From the NCBI GenBank assembly GCA_963781585.1, contig CAWAGQ010000005.1:160001-224000 (forward strand): a DNA stretch of 64,000 nucleotides. Reading direction: 5' to 3'. The DNA is from an uncultured Gemmatimonadaceae bacterium (GTDB taxonomy: Bacteria > Gemmatimonadota > Gemmatimonadetes > Gemmatimonadales > Gemmatimonadaceae). The stretch's first letter is position 1. Every line of letters begins with the position of its first letter. The notes under the pieces were generated by a model that was given only the letters and a program-made list of their open reading frames with translations, made no database searches and had not been told where the DNA came from. The translations under genes and the position numbers were made by a program. Below are positions 60,001 through 64,000 of the stretch, piece after piece.

Positions 60001-60748
60001 TCGCGCTCCTGATCACCTCGTCAGCGTAGTCGATCCCCCGCGGGGTGCGCGATCCGTGCCAGGAAAGCAGCTCGCCGTCAACGATCCGGAACCGGTCGCG
60101 CCGAAGGCCAGTCATTGAAGCGAGTTCCTCCACGTGTCGCTCGGTGAAGGGAAAGGGCTCGGTGGACAGCAGCACCAGATCCGGATCGGCCCCCGCGATC
60201 TCGGACGGGTCCACCGTCGGATAGCGGTCATCGCGCGCCCCGAACGCGTTCACGCCGCCGGAAAGCTGAAGCAGCGAGCTCACGAACGTATCCGAGCTCA
60301 CCGACATCCAGGGCTTCCGCCAGATGAGATAGACGAACCGCGCGGGCGCCCGATCGCTGGCGGCGTCGCGCACGCGTTGGGCCCGGGTCTCGATGTCGTG
60401 CGCGATCACCTCGCCCGCGTCCGAGCGACCCACCGCGGCGGCGATCGATCGCACCATCGCTGCGGTCTCGGCCGGAGTGCGCGGCAGGGACGAGTGCACG
60501 TGAATTCCGGCGCGTTCCAGCGCTCGCGCATCCTCGACCCGATTCTCTTCCGCGTTCATGAACACCAGATCGGGTACCAGCTCGATGATACGTTCGATCT
60601 TCGGGTTCTTCGTTCCGCCCACTTTTTCAACCTGACCGACGCGATCGGCCGGATGAACGCAGAATTTCGTGCGCCCCACCACGTGGTCGCCGACGCCCAG
60701 GTCGAACAGGAGCTCGGTCAGGGAAGGACAGAGGGAAACGAGGCGCAT
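59990..60748 (-). CDS. Helical-backbone metal receptor / BtuF-like cobalamin-binding protein (no signal peptide)
   Basis: 'MRLVSLCPSLTELL', 'GRTKFC.HP', 'GGTKNP', 'EPFPF', 'VDGELLSW'. Confidence 0.88.
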   Translation of the reverse strand: MRLVSLCPSLTELLFDLGVGDHVVGRTKFCVHPADRVGQVEKVGGTKNPKIERIIELVPDLVFMNAEENRVEDARALERAGIHVHSSLPRTPAETAAMVRSIAAAVGRSDAGEVIAHDIETRAQRVRDAASDRAPARFVYLIWRKPWMSVSSDTFVSSLLQLSGGVNAFGARDDRYPTVDPSEIAGADPDLVLLSTEPFPFTERHVEELASMTGLRRDRFRIVDGELLSWHGSRTPRGIDYADEVIRSAINA

Positions 60749-60786
60749 CAGGGAGCGAGAGCAAGCCCGTGAGCGAGCGACACGAA

Positions 60787-61365
60787 CTACTTCAGCTTGA
60801 GCCGATCCAACTCCGCATTCACCACATCGGGATTGAACCGCACCTGCGGATGACGCTCAGCGACGCCCTCCAGTTCCGCAAGTTCTCCCCGGACAGTGCC
60901 CCCGGCATCCAAACCGTCGCCGCTGCGCCACTCCTCGTACGCCCAAGGACCTCCCACGTCGACCGGCGGCGTGCTTCCTTCACCGCTCACGCAGAGGGGC
61001 GTGCGTGCCGCATCGTCTGGTGGGAGCAGTCGCTCCAGCCGCACCATCAGGTGCCACACGTGACCGTTCCCATACTCGAATTCGAGCTCGGAACCCGCGT
61101 CCGGCAGTAGCTGGCGGAGTCGCACCTGGATCCCGAGCTCGCGCCACTCCCCGCGGGCTCCCTTCCCCTGATAGCGGAGCGCACCAACCGTGAACGCGTA
61201 CGGGCGCCCGGCGGTCCACCCCATCGCCACGGCGAACACCCGCGCGACCCGCTCGAGCGTGGCGCCCGACGACACCCGTAGACGCCGCCAAACTGCCGGC
61301 TCCACGTCGCTTAGCCTGATTGTCAGTTCGTGAATTCGGGGAGGCGATCGCCTGGTTGCGCGCAT
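60787..61365 (-). CDS. pRiA4b ORF-3 family protein
   Basis: 'LSDVEPAVWRRL.V...TL', 'AMGW', 'FEYG..HVW', 'PP.DVGG...Y'. Confidence 0.85.
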   Translation of the reverse strand: MRATRRSPPRIHELTIRLSDVEPAVWRRLRVSSGATLERVARVFAVAMGWTAGRPYAFTVGALRYQGKGARGEWRELGIQVRLRQLLPDAGSELEFEYGNGHVWHLMVRLERLLPPDDAARTPLCVSGEGSTPPVDVGGPWAYEEWRSGDGLDAGGTVRGELAELEGVAERHPQVRFNPDVVNAELDRLKLK

Positions 61366-61534
61366 GCTGACTCCGATCCGTGGAGTGTCGTGGCACACCG
61401 CCCTGCCGATGGAGGCGCGGCCGCTGCCGTCCCGACGCAACGTTGAAGGTGAGGCATCGCGACCTGCCTCATCCTTGCACAGAATGCTCCAACACCTTTC
61501 CTACACATTACTGATAACGTACCCTCTGCATACG

Positions 61535-63313
61535 ATGTCTTCACGTCCGGTACGACATGGTCTCGTGGCGGTGCTGGGGATCGCGGTACTTGCTCCTCCG
61601 GCCGTACTGCCCGCCCAGGTGCTCGATGTTCGTCCGGTGGCGCCTCCGGCGACCGCCCCATCCCTGGGTGCGCTGCAGAACGCCCAGGAAGACTTCGAGT
61701 TCTACCGTCGGCAGCATCTCCCGTCATGGCACAGCTGGCGCGCACCGCAGAACACCTGTGACGTGCGAATCGGTCGATTCTGTTACTGGTACGATGAGTC
61801 CGAGCCTGATCCGCCGCCCGAACCTCGCTCCATCAGCGACGCGCGGACCCGCCTGATTCTCCGACTCGACTCGGCGGATCGCGCCTTCCCCAACGACCGG
61901 TGGATCTCGGGACAGCTCGTTCGCTATCTGACCGAGTCGGAGCGATTCGACGAAGCCGTGGCCGTGGCGCGCTCGTGCACCCTGCGGGAATGGTGGTGCA
62001 GCGCCCTGCAAGGTTTCGCCTTGCACGTCGCGGGACGCTACGCCGCTGCGGACACTGCATTCACGGTCGCCCTTGCTCGCATGGGATCGCGCGAGAGCTG
62101 CGACTTTCGCGACATGAAGCTTCTGCTCGACGACGCCATGCTCCGGCAGTACGGCGATTCGTCCTGCACCGCTCGCCTCGCGCTGGAGCGGCGCCTCTGG
62201 TGGCTCGCCAGGCCGATGCTGTCGTCGCCAGGGAACGACGCCCGCACGGAATACTACGCCCGCGAGATGATGGCCTTCTTCGTCACCGACGCACCGTCGA
62301 CGTATCAGTCGGACTACACGGATGACGAGCGGGAGATGCTGCTGCGCTATGGCTGGCCCACTGCCTGGAGCCGACGAGGGGATTCAGGAGGCGCCTGGGG
62401 ACCGATGCAGGTATCCGTTGTCGGACACGAGCCCATGCCGGCGCATCCCTACATTCCCGCGGAACGGGTGCTCGACAATCCCGCCGCGAGCGATTCCGAG
62501 GAATGGCGCAGCAAGGGCATTCCGCCGGTGCCGGCTCGCTACGCGCCGGCGTACGCCAGACGGCTTCTGCCCCTCAGACATCAGGAGGCCCTTTTCAGAC
62601 GCGGGGACTCGGCGCTGGTCGTCGTGGCGTGGTCCGTTGCCGCAGACTCGGCGCTCTCCGCGGCAGCCAGAATTCCGGGGCAGCTGAGTGCCTCCCTCGT
62701 CCTGACCAAAGGCGATCCCGCCGACGCCACCATCGTGCACGCCGAGCATCCGACTGATCGCGGTGTGCTCACCGCCACGACGGCGTGGGGATCCATGCTG
62801 ATGAGCACCGAGGTCGCCGCCACGACGCGAAAGACGCTGGCGCGGGCGCGCTACGGTGTCCGGGGAAGCGATCAGCTCAACTCGCGCGTGCAGATCTCCG
62901 ACCTGCTCCTCTTCGAGCCATATGATGGCATGCCGAACCGGCTCGACGATGCACTCCCGCACATGCTCTCATCCCGCCGCGTCCCCCAGGGCGGGCGCGT
63001 GGGCGTCTACTGGGAGGCCTACAACACCAGCCCGGCGGGTGAACAGATCGCGGTGTCCATCACCGTGGCTCCCCAGGACGCATCCGGCGGATGGCTCCGG
63101 CGTGGACTCATCGCCCTGCGCCTCGTCCGCGAGGCAAAGCCGGTCACGGTCGGCATTCAGGACGTGTCGGCCAGAGGCACGTCCCTGTCACCGCGATCGG
63201 TGGTGGTCGATCTCTCGACGCTGGGACCAGGCTCCTACCTCATGGAACTCGAGCTGGATGCCGGCGGTGGGAATGTCGTCCGGGCAGAGAAGGCCATCAC
63301 GGTGGAGAAGTAA
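61535..63313 (+). CDS. Secreted hypothetical protein, GWxTD-like
   Basis: Signal peptide. 'LWWLARP...NDARTEYYAR...DEREMLLRYGWP' resembles the GWxTD domain core. Confidence 0.7.
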   Translation: MSSRPVRHGLVAVLGIAVLAPPAVLPAQVLDVRPVAPPATAPSLGALQNAQEDFEFYRRQHLPSWHSWRAPQNTCDVRIGRFCYWYDESEPDPPPEPRSISDARTRLILRLDSADRAFPNDRWISGQLVRYLTESERFDEAVAVARSCTLREWWCSALQGFALHVAGRYAAADTAFTVALARMGSRESCDFRDMKLLLDDAMLRQYGDSSCTARLALERRLWWLARPMLSSPGNDARTEYYAREMMAFFVTDAPSTYQSDYTDDEREMLLRYGWPTAWSRRGDSGGAWGPMQVSVVGHEPMPAHPYIPAERVLDNPAASDSEEWRSKGIPPVPARYAPAYARRLLPLRHQEALFRRGDSALVVVAWSVAADSALSAAARIPGQLSASLVLTKGDPADATIVHAEHPTDRGVLTATTAWGSMLMSTEVAATTRKTLARARYGVRGSDQLNSRVQISDLLLFEPYDGMPNRLDDALPHMLSSRRVPQGGRVGVYWEAYNTSPAGEQIAVSITVAPQDASGGWLRRGLIALRLVREAKPVTVGIQDVSARGTSLSPRSVVVDLSTLGPGSYLMELELDAGGGNVVRAEKAITVEK

Positions 63314-63464
63314 AGCGGCCGAAGCCGATGCTCGGCGCGAGCGACTCGGATGCGGCCCGCGAGCGCACCGACCAGCAAATCGCTATGCTTTACGCGCTCG
63401 CGTCTGCTGTTCGTTGAGCTCGTGTGGTTCCTCCTGGCCCTCGGCCCTTCCCCCTTTCTCCACC

Positions 63465-64000
63465 ATGCCGCGCTCGCCTTTCCTCAGATCCATCGTCATC
63501 GGTGCACTCGTGACCGCTACGGTCTCGCCCGTGTTCGCACAGAACGGCGGGATGCCCTTCGAGTTCGACTCCACGACCATTGCCTCGTTCCGATGGCGTA
63601 ACGTCGGGCCGGCGAACACACTGGGTCGAATCTCCGACGTGACCGGGCTTCCCTCGCCCTCCAAGACGTTTTTCGCCGCGGCTGCGGGAGGAGGGATCTG
63701 GAAGTCGACCAGCAACGGCGTCACCTGGCGACCGGTCTTCGATACCCAGCGCGTGGTGGCGATGGGCATGCTCGCGATCGCGCCGAGTGACACCATGCAG
63801 GTGTGGGCCGGCACCGGCGAGCCGAACTCCCGGAACACGATCTCACCCGGAGGCGGGGTCTACAAGTCGATGGACGGCGGCATCACCTGGAAACTGATGG
63901 GGCTCGAGCGGACCCAGGCCATCGGCCGCATCGTGGTCCATCCCACCAACCCGGACATCGTCTACGTCGCCGCGTTAGGCGCGCCGTGGAGCGCCAGTCC
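63465..64000 (+). CDS. VPS10/BNR-repeat glycosyl hydrolase-like protein (3' partial)
   Basis: Signal peptide, 'WRNVGPA..GRISD', 'GGIWKS..NG.TW', 'GTGE.N.RN', 'GVYKS.DGG.TW'. Confidence 0.9.
   Translation, partial: MPRSPFLRSIVIGALVTATVSPVFAQNGGMPFEFDSTTIASFRWRNVGPANTLGRISDVTGLPSPSKTFFAAAAGGGIWKSTSNGVTWRPVFDTQRVVAMGMLAIAPSDTMQVWAGTGEPNSRNTISPGGGVYKSMDGGITWKLMGLERTQAIGRIVVHPTNPDIVYVAALGAPWSAS

Noticed and set aside
60787..61365. pRiA4b ORF-3 gene as evidence of a plasmid or IS
   Set aside because: The family is common on chromosomes, and there is no transposase or terminal repeat nearby.
1..64000. Circular element, since the window starts with a VPS10-type C-terminus and ends with an N-terminus
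   Set aside because: The two ends do not join (most of the propeller would be missing), and paralogs of this family are common. No replication or integration genes are present.

Overview
High-GC (roughly two-thirds, by eye) bacterial chromosomal segment, probably Gemmatimonadota. That assignment is inferred from gene content: VPS10/BNR hydrolases, Big_2 lipoproteins, a Ser/Thr kinase and GGRGG-rich secreted enzymes. It holds about 48 protein genes: secreted hydrolases, a glycosyltransferase operon, a pair of cytoplasmic HtrA-like proteases with an atypical LuxR, two two-component systems each beside an Ig-domain lipoprotein, a TM0106 nuclease-helicase, a patatin/pilin/Smr/amidohydrolase cluster, iorAB-like genes, vapBC, an SCO-PCuAC fusion with ctaG, and an AhpD-like gene with a mycofactocin-type SDR. 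I found no rRNA, tRNA, CRISPR array, integrase or transposase. The strongest unexplained signal is the non-palindromic octamer CGTTAGGC. It occurs at least 20 times on both strands, mostly inside genes, where it forces rare TTA-GGC (Leu-Gly) or CCT-AAC (Pro-Asn) codon pairs. Four intergenic heptamer tandem arrays form one family, and a separate REP-like 24-mer occurs three times. Five apparent +1 insertions disrupt four genes and probably reflect sequencing error.
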